A DNA stretch of 64,000 bases from the NCBI GenBank assembly GCA_002269645.1, contig NIVC01000305.1, positions 310,001 to 374,000 of the forward strand, in the 5' to 3' direction. How positions within the stretch are numbered: the stretch's first letter is position 1; every line of letters begins with the position of its first letter. The position numbers and the translations under genes were made by a program. Shown here in pieces: positions 1 through 11,739 of the stretch. Source of the DNA: Macrostomum lignano. Taxonomy: Eukaryota. Under the pieces are notes generated by a model that saw only the letters and a list, made by a program, of their open reading frames with translations, made no database searches and was not told where the DNA came from.

Positions 1-808
1 TGCCTGGGATTGGCGGTGCTCAATCATTAAGGTGCCTGGGATTAGCGGTGCTCAATCATAAGTTCCCTGGGATTAGCGGTGCTCAATCATAAGTTCCCTG
101 GGATTAGCGGTGCTCCATCATAAATGTGTCTGAGATTAGCGGTGATCCATCATTAAGGTACCTGGGATTAGCGATGCTTGATCATTAAGGTACCTGGGAA
201 TAGCGGTGCTCCATCATTTAAAGGTACCTGGGATTAGCGGTGCTCCAGCATTAAGGTATCTGGGATTAGCAGTGCTTTTATCATTAAGGTACCTGGGATT
301 AGCAGTGCTTTTATCATTAAGGTACCTGGGATTAGCAGTGCTTGATCATTAAGGTACCTGGGATTAGCAGTGCTCGATCATTAAGGTACCTGGGATTAGC
401 AGTGCTTTTATCATTAAGGTACCTGGGATTAGCAGTGCTTTTATCATTAAGGTACCTGGGATTAGCAGTGCTTGATCATTAAGGTACCTGGGATTAGCAG
501 TGCTTTTATCATTAAGGTACCTGGGATTAGCAGTGCTTGATCATTAAGGTACCTGGGATTAGCAGTGCTTGATCATTAAGGTACCTGGGATTAGCAGTGC
601 TTTTATCATTAAGGTACCTGGGATTAGCAGTGCTTGATCATTAAGGTACCTGGGATTAGCGGTGCTCAATCATTTTAAGGTACCTGGGATTAGTGGTGCT
701 CCATCATTTAAGGGTACCTGGGATTAGCGGTGCTCCATCATTTAAAGGTACCTGGGAATAGCGGTGCTCCATCATTTAAAGGTACCTGGGATTAGCGGTG
801 CTTGATCA
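1..808. repeat. Minisatellite, ~29-32 bp unit (CATTAAGGTACCTGGGATTAGCAGTGCTTGAT); probably intronic to the PX-like gene
   Basis: Head-to-tail copies visible from the window start to ~808. Confidence 0.95.
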
Positions 809-891
809 TTAATCCTTTTTAATAGGTATTAATAGGTCCTACATCTGTCAAACATGAATAAATTGGTCACCCTCAGCATCATAATCATCAG

Positions 892-1563
892 CTGGACCCC
901 AGCGGCTTGCCTGGCACTCGAGTCACAGTGCCAGGCTACCGTAAGGCGCCACCGAATCACCCGGCCGTGTCGCGTCTGAAATCGGCGCCAACTCTGTATC
1001 AACTCCGGGTCGCTCGGCCCGGCCAGCCGGCCTACAATCTGGAGAAACTGTTCGCCGAGTTCGAGTCGCTGCACAGGCAGACTCGCCGGCATTCGCTGTC
1101 ATTGAATCCTTCTGTTCCGCAGCCAAGACTGCCTAGCAGACTGTCTGGACCCGATACTAAACGTCACGAGTTCGAGTCTTATCTAGCTGGCATGCTTGAA
1201 TTGGCTTCTCAACCGGGTCAGTCCGCGTGCGCTCACGCTTTAGCCGCTTTCCTGTCGCCGCCAGTTGCCATCCATTCGGAGTCTTCACCGAAGCAAAAGC
1301 TTCCAACCCGGGCAGCCGCCGTCCTCATTGACTTGGAGCCGGACAATGCTCCGCAGTCTCAGTTGGACTCTTCAAAATCTGCCTCGAATTCTTTTTCATC
1401 TTTTCCGGCACAGAATCGACAGGAGTTGGTCAGTCAGCACGCTCCGGTTGTGATGCTGAGCGAGGTAGAGGCTCTGCCTCGGTCGGAACTGGACCCGCTG
1501 ACCAGCGTCATTATCGATACAGTCTATATGAGCGCTTCCGGCTCTTTGCTTGATTTTGACTGA
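892..1563 (+). CDS. Probable terminal exon of a PX (phox homology) domain-like protein
   Basis: ORF 907-1563 is open back to an acceptor ATCATCAG at 890-891. YQLRV..PAYNLEKLFAEFESLHRQ..PRLPSR..KRHEFESYLAGML..LAAFL resembles the PX pattern (RRYSEF..LH..LP..R...LE.YL..FL). No ATG start, so upstream exons are probably outside the window. Confidence 0.5.
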   Translation: MDPSGLPGTRVTVPGYRKAPPNHPAVSRLKSAPTLYQLRVARPGQPAYNLEKLFAEFESLHRQTRRHSLSLNPSVPQPRLPSRLSGPDTKRHEFESYLAGMLELASQPGQSACAHALAAFLSPPVAIHSESSPKQKLPTRAAAVLIDLEPDNAPQSQLDSSKSASNSFSSFPAQNRQELVSQHAPVVMLSEVEALPRSELDPLTSVIIDTVYMSASGSLLDFD

Positions 1564-1683
1564 GCTTGTCTTTTTATTCGGCATTGAAGAGTAGGTTGGG
1601 ATTCACCCTGAAGATGAGCAAAAGTGATAACAAAAAGTGCCGATAAATTAAATAGAAAATTGGCTCACTGATATTTTGAGGGG

Positions 1684-2233
1684 GACCCCAGATCATCAGT
1701 TGCTGGGCTGTCAGCCTCCCAGATCCTCAGTTGCTGGGCCAGCCTCCCAGATCCTCAGTTGCTGGGCCAGCCTCCCAGATCCTCAGTTGCTGGGCTGCCA
1801 GCCTCCCAGATCCTCAGTTGCTGGGCTGCCAGCCTCCCAGATCCTCAGTTGCTGGGCTGCCAGCCTCCCAGATCCTCAGTTGCTGGGCTGCCAGCCTCCC
1901 AGATCCTCAGTTGCTGGGCTGCCAGCCTCCCCGATCCTCAGTTGCTGGGCCACAGCCTCCCAGATCCTCAGTTACTGGGCCAGCCTCCCAGATCCTCAGT
2001 TGCTGGGCCACAGCCTCCCAGATCCTCAGTTACTGGGCCACAGCCTCCCAGATCCTCAGTTGCTGGGCCACAGCCTCCCAGATCCTCAGTTACTGGGCTA
2101 GCCTCCCAGATCCTCAGTTGCTAGGCTGCCAGCCTCCCAGATCCTCAGTTGCTGGGCCAGCCTCCCAGATCCTCAGTTGCTGGGCTGCCAGTCTCCCAGA
2201 TCCTCCGTTGCTGGGCTGCCAGCCTCCCAGATC
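1684..2233 (+). repeat. Minisatellite, 28-31 bp (GCCTCCCAGATCCTCAGTTGCTGGGCCA); same family as the 26.1-39.8 kb array, opposite orientation
   Basis: Unit is the reverse complement of the giant array unit. Confidence 0.95.
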
Positions 2234-2903
2234 CTTGCATTCTCATCATAGCAGATTAAATTCGGCCAACTTCGCTGATTTTTTTATTTGTGTACGTGGC
2301 AATAGTTTCAGAAATAGTATTAAAACTTGTATTTTCGATCAGAACAAATTCAAAGTTCTATTTTTCTAATTTTCAAAAACTAAAAAATTGAAGGCCAACG
2401 AATGCCACTGTATTCCTCATCATATCTGCTGTTCAATCGTCAGTCTAAAAGCGTTCAAAGTATAAGCGTGTACACCTTTGGTTAAGGCCCACTGGACCAA
2501 CCTCTACAATGTTGCTATTTTACTGCAAATTTGTTTCTATCAAGTAATCTTTAAACTTATTTTCTTGTTGCACTTACTTTCTTAATGAATCTTTCTGAAC
2601 TCCAGAGAATGTTTCCACCTTTTTAATTGGACTTTTGCAACGTCGTCTTCCATTTTTTCATCTTTTTTTCGCTGAATAGATTACTCATATTTTGCTAATA
2701 ACTACGATTAATAATGTTGAACTAGTTTGTACATTCCTTTGAAATAATTCTTGCAGTTCATTTTTGTTTAATTCCGTGCAACAATAATATACACGCTGTG
2801 CTACACGAGTAAATATGGGCTGTTGTTTATGTAGAATGGGGAGATAATCCCGTAGTAGTTTAATATTTTAGCGAGTTCTTACTAATTTATTGATCAATTA
2901 CTA

Positions 2904-3668
2904 CCCCAATGTACGCACACTCCAGACCCCGCCTGCCCGCTAACCAATTCCTGCCCCAATGTACGCACACCCCAGACCCAGCCTGCCCGCTAACCAATTC
3001 CTGCCCCAATGTACGCACACCCCAGACCCAGCCTGCCCGGTAAACAATTCCTGCCCCAATGTACGCACACCCCAGACCCAGCCTGCCCGGTAAACAATTC
3101 CTGCCCCAATGTACGCACACTCCAGACCCCGCCTGCCCGCTAACCAATTCCTGCCCCAATGTACGCACACTCCAGACCCCGCCTGCCCGCTAACCAATTC
3201 CTGCCCCAATGTACGCACACTCCAGACCCCGCCTGCCCGCTAACCAATTCCTGCCCCAATGTACGCACACCCCAGACCCAGCCTGCCCGGTAAACAATTC
3301 CTGCCCCAATGTACGCACACCCCAGACCCAGCCTGCCCGGTAAACAATTCCTGCCCCAATGTACGCACACCCCAGACCCAGCCTGCCCGGTAAACAATTC
3401 CTGCCCCAATGTACGCACACCCCAGACCCAGCTTGCCCGGTAAACAATTCCTGCCCCAATGTACGCACACCCCAGACCCAGCTTGCCCGGTAAACAATTC
3501 CTGCCCCAATGTACGCACACCCCAGACCCAGCTTGCCCGGTAAACAATTCCTGCCCCAATGTACGCACACCCCAGACCCAGCTTGCCCGGTAAACAATTC
3601 CTGCCCCAATGTACGCACACCCCAGACCCAGCTTGCCCGGTAAACAGTTCCTGCCCCAATGTACGCAC
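2904..3668. repeat. Minisatellite, 50 bp unit (CCCCAATGTACGCACACCCCAGACCCAGCCTGCCCGGTAAACAATTCCTG), ~15 copies
   Basis: Direct tandem copies. Confidence 0.95.
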
Positions 3669-4122
3669 AATTTTAAGTTCCATTGTTTTGAGTACTACGA
3701 CGACGATTTTTATATTGAATTTCTACTTAATTTGCTAGGTTTCAGTCATACAAGGCACTAAGTAATATGAAGCATTTCTTATATCAATCTATTTGGAAAG
3801 ATATATTACAATTTTTCGTCTTTGTATTTGATAAAATTACGTTAATAATGAATTTACTAAGTAATTTATAGCTTCCTTTAATTAGCCTTTTTTGCTGATC
3901 CCATAAAAATAAATGTTTATTAGTTTGATGTAGCGGGTTATTATTCCGGAAGTTAAAATTCGACTTTTTAAAGGCAGTTATAGTAGTTCCGAGCGTATGG
4001 TTAGCTACAGTTGTGGGCACCCTGGCTTCGGCCAGCGCTGACAGCAATTATGACCCTTCCTACTAGGACTGAATCCCCAGCATAACTGGAGTCTCCCTAC
4101 CGGCCTGCCAACTTCAGCCCGC

Positions 4123-4726
4123 ATGCTCCGGTCGCAGCAGTTGCATCAACATCGCCAGCAAAGTTCGGCGAGTCCCAAAAACCGAGGCGGCCTATTCTGG
4201 CGCTACTGGCGCAGCGTCTGCTCTTCATCAGTGACCATTGCGCCATGCTGTTTGATGCGCGTCAGATTGAGATTAGGCATTGTGCTCAAATTAGTTTTGC
4301 TAGTTTTGCTCACATTAATCTGCCTGCTGTGCTACTGGAACCTGTCAATCAACTTGAAACTGTACTGGCAGTCTAACCCGGGTAGCAGCAATAATCCCTT
4401 GTTAAATCCCAGCTTAAAAATCTTTCCTAAAACACCGGAAGAGCGAGCGGAATATAACAAAGCATTTCATCAGCATTCGTTTAATGCGTTTCTAAGCGAT
4501 AGGCTCAGCTTGCAGAGATTAGTGCCGGACACCAGGGACCCCGCCTGCCAGTCCAAGTCTTACTACGCCAATTCTCAGTCCTACGATAATTTAACCGCAT
4601 CAGTTATTATCTGCTTCTATAACGAGGCCAAGTCGACCCTTCGCCGCACACTGTACAGCATTTTCAATCGGTCGCCGCCTCATCTGCTGCACGAAGTGAT
4701 CGTTCTGGACGATGAAAGCAATAATG
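4123..4726 (+). CDS. GALNT: Polypeptide N-acetylgalactosaminyltransferase (GALNT11-like), exon 1
   Basis: Type II TM segment (IVLKLVLLVLLTLICLLCY), FNAFLSDRLSLQRLVPDTRDPAC, SVIICFYNEA..LRRTLYS, EVIVLDD; donor G|GTTAGT at 4727 (phase 1). Confidence 0.9.
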
Positions 4727-4778
4727 GTTAGTGAATAACTCAGCCTCCTGCGATTTATAAACACTGGATGGATTTTTC

Positions 4779-5299
4779 CTTTGATCTGAAGGATTTTGGA
4801 TAACTGGAAGGCTCAGATTGAGACTTGATCTTTGATCTTGAGTCTTTGATCTGAAGGATTTTGGATAACTGGAAGGCTCTTGCCTTTGATCTGAAGAATT
4901 TTGAATAACTGGAAGGCTCTTGCCTTTGATCTGAAGGATTTTGGATAACTGGAAGGCTCTTGCCTTTGATCTGAAGGATTTTGGATAACTGGAAGGCTCT
5001 TGCCTTTGATCTGAAGGATTTTGGATAACTGGAAGGCTCTTGCCTTTGATCTGAAGGATTTTGGATAACTGGAAGGCTCTTGCCTTTGATCTGAAGGATT
5101 TTGGATAACTGGAAGGCTCTTGTCTTTGATCTGAAGGATTTTGGATAACTGGAAGGCTCTTGCCTTTGATCTGAAGGATTTTGGATAACTGGAAGGCTCT
5201 TGCCTTTGATCTGAACGATTTTGAATAACTGGAAGGCTCTTGTCTTTGATCTGAAGGATTTTGAATAACTGGAAGGCTCTTGTCTTTGATCTGAAGGAA
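4779..5299. repeat. Minisatellite, 40 bp (TGATCTGAAGGATTTTGGATAACTGGAAGGCTCTTGCCTT) in GALNT intron 1
   Basis: Direct tandem copies. Confidence 0.95.
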
Positions 5300-5424
5300 T
5301 TCTCGAATCTTGTCTAATCTGGGGATCATTATCTAGATGATTCTGTTTTAGCAATACTTTTTGCACCTATCGAGTGTTCTATGTAAATTGAAGACAAAAA
5401 AACCCGATTCAATGATTTTCCCAG

Positions 5425-5540
5425 GCATCAGCAGCTTTGATGTGAATTTTATATCGTCGAAAATTCGCTACGAAATTGCGCCAATGAAGCTGGGCCTCAT
5501 CAGGGCGAGAAATTATGCGGCCAAACTGGCCACAGGGCGG
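5425..5540 (+). CDS. GALNT: GALNT exon 2
   Basis: Acceptor TTTTCCCAG, encodes ..KLGLIRARNYAAKLATGR (family R.GLIRAR..GA..A.G motif), donor GTGAGT at 5541; phases fit exons 1 and 3. Confidence 0.88.
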
Positions 5541-5629
5541 GTGAGTGGCTGGCTGTCAGGGTTTACAATCAGTTTGAATTTGGTGCATTTTGATTGAATA
5601 TCTATTTAGCTTGTGGAATATAGGTCCCC

Positions 5630-5910
5630 ACATCCTCAATCCCCATACCCCTAATTCCCCCACCCTCAGTTCCCATATCATCAATCTCCATACCTTAATT
5701 CCCACACCCTCCATCCCCATACTTCTAATCCCCATGCCCCTAATTACCACATCAATCCCCATACCCTAATTCCCACACCCTTAGTCCCCATACCCCTAAT
5801 TCCCACACCCTCAATCCCTATACCCTAATTCCCACAGCCTGAATCCCCATACCCCAAATTCCCACATGATCGATCCCCACACTCGATCAATCCCATACCC
5901 CTAATCCCCA
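5630..5910. repeat. Degenerate C-rich repeat (CCCATACCCCTAATTCCCACACCCT-like) in GALNT intron 2
   Basis: Recurrent motif. Confidence 0.75.
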
Positions 5911-5933
5911 CAGCTTCAATCTCAAACCCGCAG

Positions 5934-6611
5934 GTGCTCATCTTCCTAGACAGTCACATCGAAGTGAATGTCGGCTGGCTGCAGCCTCTGCTTCATCACC
6001 TCAGCATCCGGCCAAAATCGGTCGCTCTTCCCCTAGTAGACGTTATCGACGAGAAGACGTTCGAATATTCGGCTACGCCCCACGTTGTCGGCGGTTTCAC
6101 GTGGAACCTGCGGTTCGCCTGGGATCCCCTGCCGGCCAGCGTGCCCATGGACGAGCCGTTCCACTCGCCCGTGATGTCCGGTGGTCTTCTTGCCGTCCGG
6201 GCCAGCACCTTCCACGCGTTCGGCGCCTACGACAACCTCATGGAGACCTGGGGCGGCGAGAATCTGGAGATGTCGTTTCGGTATTGGCAGTGCGGCGGCA
6301 CCGTGTACGCCTGTCCCTGCTCTCGGGTTGGCCACGTGTTCAGGAGCCGCCGACCGTACGGCGAGTTCTCTGGCCGGGACAGTTGGCTGTTCAATTCTGT
6401 TCGGTTGGCCAACGTGTGGCTGGGCCCGTTTCGCGAGGTGTTCTTCTATCAGGAGCCCAGGGCTGTTGGTGTGGACCCTGGCGACCTGACCTCCCGGCTG
6501 GAGCTGCAGCGGTCTCTGGGCTGCGTGTCTTTTAAATGGTATCTGCTGAATGTGGCCTCCAAGAAGATGATCAGAAGTCTGCCTGGGAGGTTCCGGCATT
6601 TGCTGACCTGA
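5934..6611 (+). CDS. GALNT: GALNT exon 3 (catalytic GT-A domain, terminal); joined CDS 1398 nt = 465 aa
   Basis: Acceptor CCGCAG; FLDSH (DxH), GWLQPLL, GGFTW.L.F.W, SPVMSGGL, WGGENLEMSFR.WQCGG, CSRVGHVFR, RLANVWL, SFKWYL; stop TGA at 6609-6611. Confidence 0.93.
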   Translation: MLIFLDSHIEVNVGWLQPLLHHLSIRPKSVALPLVDVIDEKTFEYSATPHVVGGFTWNLRFAWDPLPASVPMDEPFHSPVMSGGLLAVRASTFHAFGAYDNLMETWGGENLEMSFRYWQCGGTVYACPCSRVGHVFRSRRPYGEFSGRDSWLFNSVRLANVWLGPFREVFFYQEPRAVGVDPGDLTSRLELQRSLGCVSFKWYLLNVASKKMIRSLPGRFRHLLT

Positions 6612-6824
6612 CCGGGAACTCTTCCAAGGTTTCTTGGCCTTCCTTAATTGTGCATTGTTTATGTTTTGTGTAAGAATGTACCAGTATTTTATATATAAAT
6701 ATGTAGCCCATCTTTATTCTGGTCTGGTCGAGATTAACAGTAATAACTTCATTGTGCAGGCCTTTTTGTTACTCATTTATTAGCCAACAGAAAGGTTGCT
6801 TCAAGCTTCAAGCAAATAAACAAC

Positions 6825-8190
6825 ATTTAGCAATTCCCCGTGAGCATTGGCATCTGTTTAGCAATTCCCCGTGAGCATTGGCATCTGATTAGCAATTCCC
6901 CGTGAGCATTGGCATCTGATTAGCAATTCCCCGTGAGCATTGGCATCTGATTAGCAATTCCCCGTGAGCATTGGCATCTGATTAGCAATTCCCCATGAGC
7001 ATTGGCATCTGATTAGCAATTCCCCGTGAGCATTGGCATCTGATTAGCAATTCCCCATGAGCATTGGCATCTGATTAGCAATTCCCCGTGAGCATTGGCA
7101 TCTGATTAGCAATTCCCCTTTGACATCTGATTAGCGATTCCCCTTTGACATCTGATTAGCAATTCCCATTTTTGCACCTGATTAGCAATTCCCCTTCGGC
7201 ATCTGATTAGCGATTCCCCTTTGACATCTGATTAGCGATTCCCCTTTGACATCTGATTAGCGATTCCCCTTTGACATCTGATTAGCAATTCCCATTTTTG
7301 CACCTGATTAGCAATTCCCCTTCGGCATCTGATTAGCAATTCCCCTTCGGCATCTGATTAGCAATTCCCCTTCGGCATCTGATTAGCAATTCCCCTTCGG
7401 CATCTGATTAGCAATTCCCCTTCGGCATCTGATTAGCAATTCCCCTTCGGCATCTGATTAGCAATTCCCCTTCGGCATCTGATTAGCAATTCCCCTTTGA
7501 CATCTGATTAGCAATTCCCCTTTGACATCTGATTAGCAATTCCCCTTTGGCATCTGAATAGCAATTCCCCTTTGACATCTGAATAGCAATTCCCCTTTGA
7601 CATCTGATTAGCAATTCCCCTTTGACATCTGATTAGCAATTCCCGTTTGACATCTGATTAGCGATTCCCCTTTGACATCTGATTAGCAATTCCCCTTTGA
7701 CATCTGATTAGCGATTCCCCTTTGACATCTGATTAGCAATTCCCCTTTGACATCTGATTAGCAATTCCCCTTTGACATCTGATTAGCAATTCCCCTTTGA
7801 CATCTGATTAGCAATTCCCCTTTGACATCTGATTAGCGATTCCCCTTTGACATCTGATTAGCGATTCCCCTTTGACATCTGATTAGCAATTCCCCTTTGA
7901 CATCTGATTAGCGATTCCCCTTTGACATCTGATTAGCAATTCCCTTTGACATCTGATTAGCAATTCCCCTTTGACATCTGATTAGCGATTCCCCTTTGAC
8001 ATCTGATTAGCAATTCCCATTTTTGCACCTGATTAGCAATTCCCCTTTGACATCTGATTAGCAATTCCCCTTTGACATCTGATTAGCAATTCCCCTTTGA
8101 CATCTGATTAGCAATTCCCATTTTTGCACCTGATTAGCAATTCCCCTTTGACATCTGATTAGCAATTTTCCTTTGGCATCTGATTAGCAA
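6825..8190. repeat. Minisatellite, 25-29 bp (GACATCTGATTAGCAATTCCCCTTT and variants)
   Basis: Tandem copies in variant blocks. Confidence 0.95.
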
Positions 8191-8514
8191 TTCCCTAGGC
8201 TGTTTTCATGGCAGCTATTACTGTTTAATCCATATTTCGCCTTATCTTTTTAAACCTTATCTTTTATTCACGTATATCCAATTTTATCATGTATAACACA
8301 AAATTATGTGTAATTCATTTGATTTGATAAATTCAATCAATTCTTTGTTGCAGAAATAAAACTTTTATGATAAAAAACTTTTTAAACCGGTGCTTTGCTA
8401 AATATTATTATGAAACCGTAGTAATTCTCCACTCGCTTTTTGATTTTGTTTGTGCAGTGGCAAACTCCGGCCCTCTGGGTCCTTTGAAACTTCACAATAG
8501 CAATCCGGCCTCTG

Positions 8515-8870
8515 TCTCCTCGGCCTCCGGCTTCTGTCTCTTCTCAGCTCTCCTCTCTTTCTTCTCTCCTGTCCTCTCATATATCCCCTCTTCTCTCCTC
8601 TCATCTCTCCTCTCTTCTCTTCCCTCTTCTCTCCTCTCGTCTCATCTCTCCCCTCTCCTCTCCTCTCCTCTCTTCTCATCTCTCCCCTCTCCTCTCCTCT
8701 CTTCTCATCTCTCCTCTCTCCTCTCGTCTCATCTCTCCCCCCTTTGCTCCTCTCTCATCTCTTCCTCGTCTTCTCTCCTCTCGTCTCATCTCTTCCCTCT
8801 TCTGTCCTCTCCTCACTTCTCTCCTCTCATATTTTCTCTCCTTTCATCTCCTCTCTCTCCGCTCTCATCC
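8515..8870. repeat. CT-rich low-complexity tract
   Basis: (CTCTC/CTCT)n. Confidence 0.9.
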
Positions 8871-9834
8871 AAGTCTACCGACCCGGGCCCAGTGTTATCT
8901 TCTATACGTTTAAATTAGAGTAAAAACTTTCAAAAATCAGCATGAAAATCGTGAAAACGTGTTGATCTGGTCCAGAAAAATTGTGCTGCAATTTTATGTT
9001 TTTACTTGTTGCAGAAAAACATAACAATATCGCATTATGATTACTACTGTTAACAATGAGACAGGCAGTAGTGAATAGCGGGTTTTTCTGTTAATAAAGG
9101 AATATTATATATTGATGGCGGCAACTGAGTGCGCGTTTAGCACAACGAGACAAGACTGGATTAGTGTGTAATAAAATATTTTCGAAACTACGAGTACATT
9201 CTAAAACATTCAGTGCTTGCATTGAAAACAATCAAAAGTGTTAGAAAAAAGTTTGTTCAAGTTACAATTTGTATCGGCATGTACATTACAGGTTAGAAGT
9301 TGTTTCGCGTCTGATATTGCTTTTGAATGCCCGCCTGCCTGTCAGTCAGTTTGATGCAGCAGGGTTGGACTCTGGAAATTCAAATTTGGGTTATTAAAAA
9401 TGTAATTAATAATATAGTTAAAGGTTAGCTGCTTTTATCGTAGATTCCGTTGGTTGTGGGCACCCTGCCGTAACATCATCAGCGACATTCCGTTGACCCC
9501 TGAGCATGTCACAGAATGTCCCGCGAAGGACAAAGAGTGCTGATAACTAGGAATTGTTCCCCAAGATTTTCCAAATCTGATATAAGGCATTCAGAACTGG
9601 ATTTGATCCAATTGAATTCCCAATGGGTCTTCATTCGATGGACGAGTGAAGAAAGATGCAGAAATGCAAGATTTTATGCTGTGAATCGCAGACAACCCCT
9701 TCCGGACAATTTTGAATGTGGCCGCGCAGGAATCGAACCAGGGGCCGTTAGTGTGTCACCCAGCATCCACGCGCATTTTAATACCTGCAAAATGACACGA
9801 TCCATCGTGTATCCGTGTACATACAGCTCCTTCA

Positions 9835-10425
9835 TCAGTCAGCTGGTCCAGCAGCCCCAGCATCCGTAGCCTCATCGCTGGCCTCGTCTCCTGCCGCATC
9901 GGCCCGCAGGCCGCCAGCCGAGGAAGCCTCCAGTGCGACCAGGCGCCGCCTCAGTTTGCTCTGCGTCGAGCCGAACTCGGCCAGCATCCTGGCGAACCGA
10001 GTCTGCAGCACGCCGAGCTCGGCGTTCAGCCGCTCGACTCGACGCTCGGTCGACTCGCGATCTTGCAGCGCCTTGGCCAGCGCCTCCTCGTCGATGAGGT
10101 TGTCTTTGCGCAGAACCTGCTGTCCTTTCTCCAGCAGTTTGACCTTGGCGTCGGGGTACTCGGTCAGCGCCTCCCACAGGTCGTTCTTGCTCAGGCAGAA
10201 CAGGTCCGAGTAGCCGTCGCTGCGCACGTTTGCGGTGCGCCGATTGCCCGTCTTGTTGCCCGGGATGTTCAGGATGGACACCTCGCCGAACACGCTGCCC
10301 TCGCCCAGGGTGACGAAAACGGTTTTGCCGTCTGGTGAGACCACGCTGAGCTTGCCGCGTTTCACTATGTACATCTCCTTGCCGATGTCGCCCTTACGGC
10401 AGATGTAGTCTCCGGGTGAGTACAC
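9835..10425 (-). CDS. CNGA: CNG channel alpha subunit, exon 6 (cyclic-nucleotide-binding domain, C-terminal leucine zipper, stop)
   Basis: [53 protein letters not shown]; [26 protein letters not shown]; acceptor GGCAG at 10427-10426. Confidence 0.95.
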   Translation of the reverse strand: MYSPGDYICRKGDIGKEMYIVKRGKLSVVSPDGKTVFVTLGEGSVFGEVSILNIPGNKTGNRRTANVRSDGYSDLFCLSKNDLWEALTEYPDAKVKLLEKGQQVLRKDNLIDEEALAKALQDRESTERRVERLNAELGVLQTRFARMLAEFGSTQSKLRRRLVALEASSAGGLRADAAGDEASDEATDAGAAGPAD

Positions 10426-10664
10426 CTGCCGTAATTGAGTCGTCGAGCTGGTTGAATGAGTGCATTACATGTAAATCACACTGCGCAGGCCACAAAAAGA
10501 TTTTTATTTATTTGAGGCCAGCAATTTCCTGTAAATAATACACATATAGGAAAAAATTCTTTTCTTTCTTCAAATGATCAACATGATTGTATTTGATCTG
10601 GGGCAGTGAACATTTCCATTGTTTTACTTTTAATGCTCTGTTGTATTTTATATAGCAAAATTTA

Positions 10665-10900
10665 GCTACCGTCGGACTCACGACTTGAAAGGTCGAGGGT
10701 TCGATTCCCGGTCCCACTGGAACAATTTATTTCCTTGAGCAAGACACTTAACTCTGCATTGCTTCAGTTGGGGTAATTGAGGGTGTGTGGCGACCTCCCA
10801 GTCTTTGGACTGAACAGCCGTGCGCAGCCTTCAGATACTTGAGCGTACATACAATATGTAGTATAGAAGGTATGTACTTGTATGCATAGGTATTAATAGG
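10665..10900 (+). mobile_element. tRNA-derived SINE in CNG intron 5
   Basis: B box GGTTCGATTCC (10698-10708) followed by the CCTTGAGCAAGACACTTAAC motif typical of metazoan SINE central domains; boundaries approximate. Confidence 0.65.
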
Positions 10901-11441
10901 CATTGAAATGGAGTACATACCTAATGGCTCGAGGGAACCTGCATGCAATTTAATTACAAATGAACTGTATTTGCATTCAAGACGAACCAAAGCAAAAAGT
11001 TCAGCTAATGCCCCAATAGTGAGTATTGCAGGTAGTTTTAGGCTTTGAAAAATGAAAATAATTAAATATCAAATTTTCACTACATAGCTATGCAAAATAC
11101 AACAGTAGCCTGTGCTTTGCATTCTGAATTAAAGGAATGGTAAATCTTCACCGCCCGAGATCAAATGCAATTATTGATTTTGTGATGACACAAATGATTT
11201 TTCCCAGGAAATCGGCCTAAAATTTTGAGTCCTGGTTATACTACGTAGCAGTGGTCCTTGGCAAAAATACGATGTTCGACCTTTAAATACTTTAACTGCA
11301 TAGTACATCCTGACCTTTAATACGGACTTCTGTGCTAGAGTCTTACAATCCATTACCAACGTTGAGTAAATATTTGGATTTTCGACGCAGCCTTCATTTT
11401 TTGTTAAACAGTCCCGTACAGAATGCCAAAAAATGCCTCAC

Positions 11442-11686
11442 CTGCAGCTTGAGTTTGAGCACCAGCTCAACCAGCAGGCCTGGCTCACAATCCTGGAAGA
11501 TCGCCACCCTCTTCAGCGTGTCAAAGTGCACGTGGATGGCGATCTCAGCCTTGAGTTTGTCTGGCAGGTGCCCAGAATTCTTTCTTCGTCCAGCGATTGC
11601 TTGTTGGTCCACAGGTAGTCGAACCAGCGGATTACGCGGCGTTCGAGCTCGCGACCTACCTTACGAAACTCCATGTAGCGTTTTAC
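11442..11686 (-). CDS. CNGA: CNG alpha exon 5 (C-linker); 245 nt, carries a 1-nt deletion frameshift at ~11567
   Basis: [26 protein letters not shown] then frame switch to [41 protein letters not shown]; both splice sites are phase 0. Confidence 0.9.
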
Positions 11687-11739
11687 CTGGGAGAGCACGC
11701 GGATTTGCGTGTATAGTTACTGTATCTTGCCAACAACTG

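Noticed and set aside
8367-8918. Ser/Leu-rich 183-aa ORF
   Set aside because: Translation of a CT microsatellite
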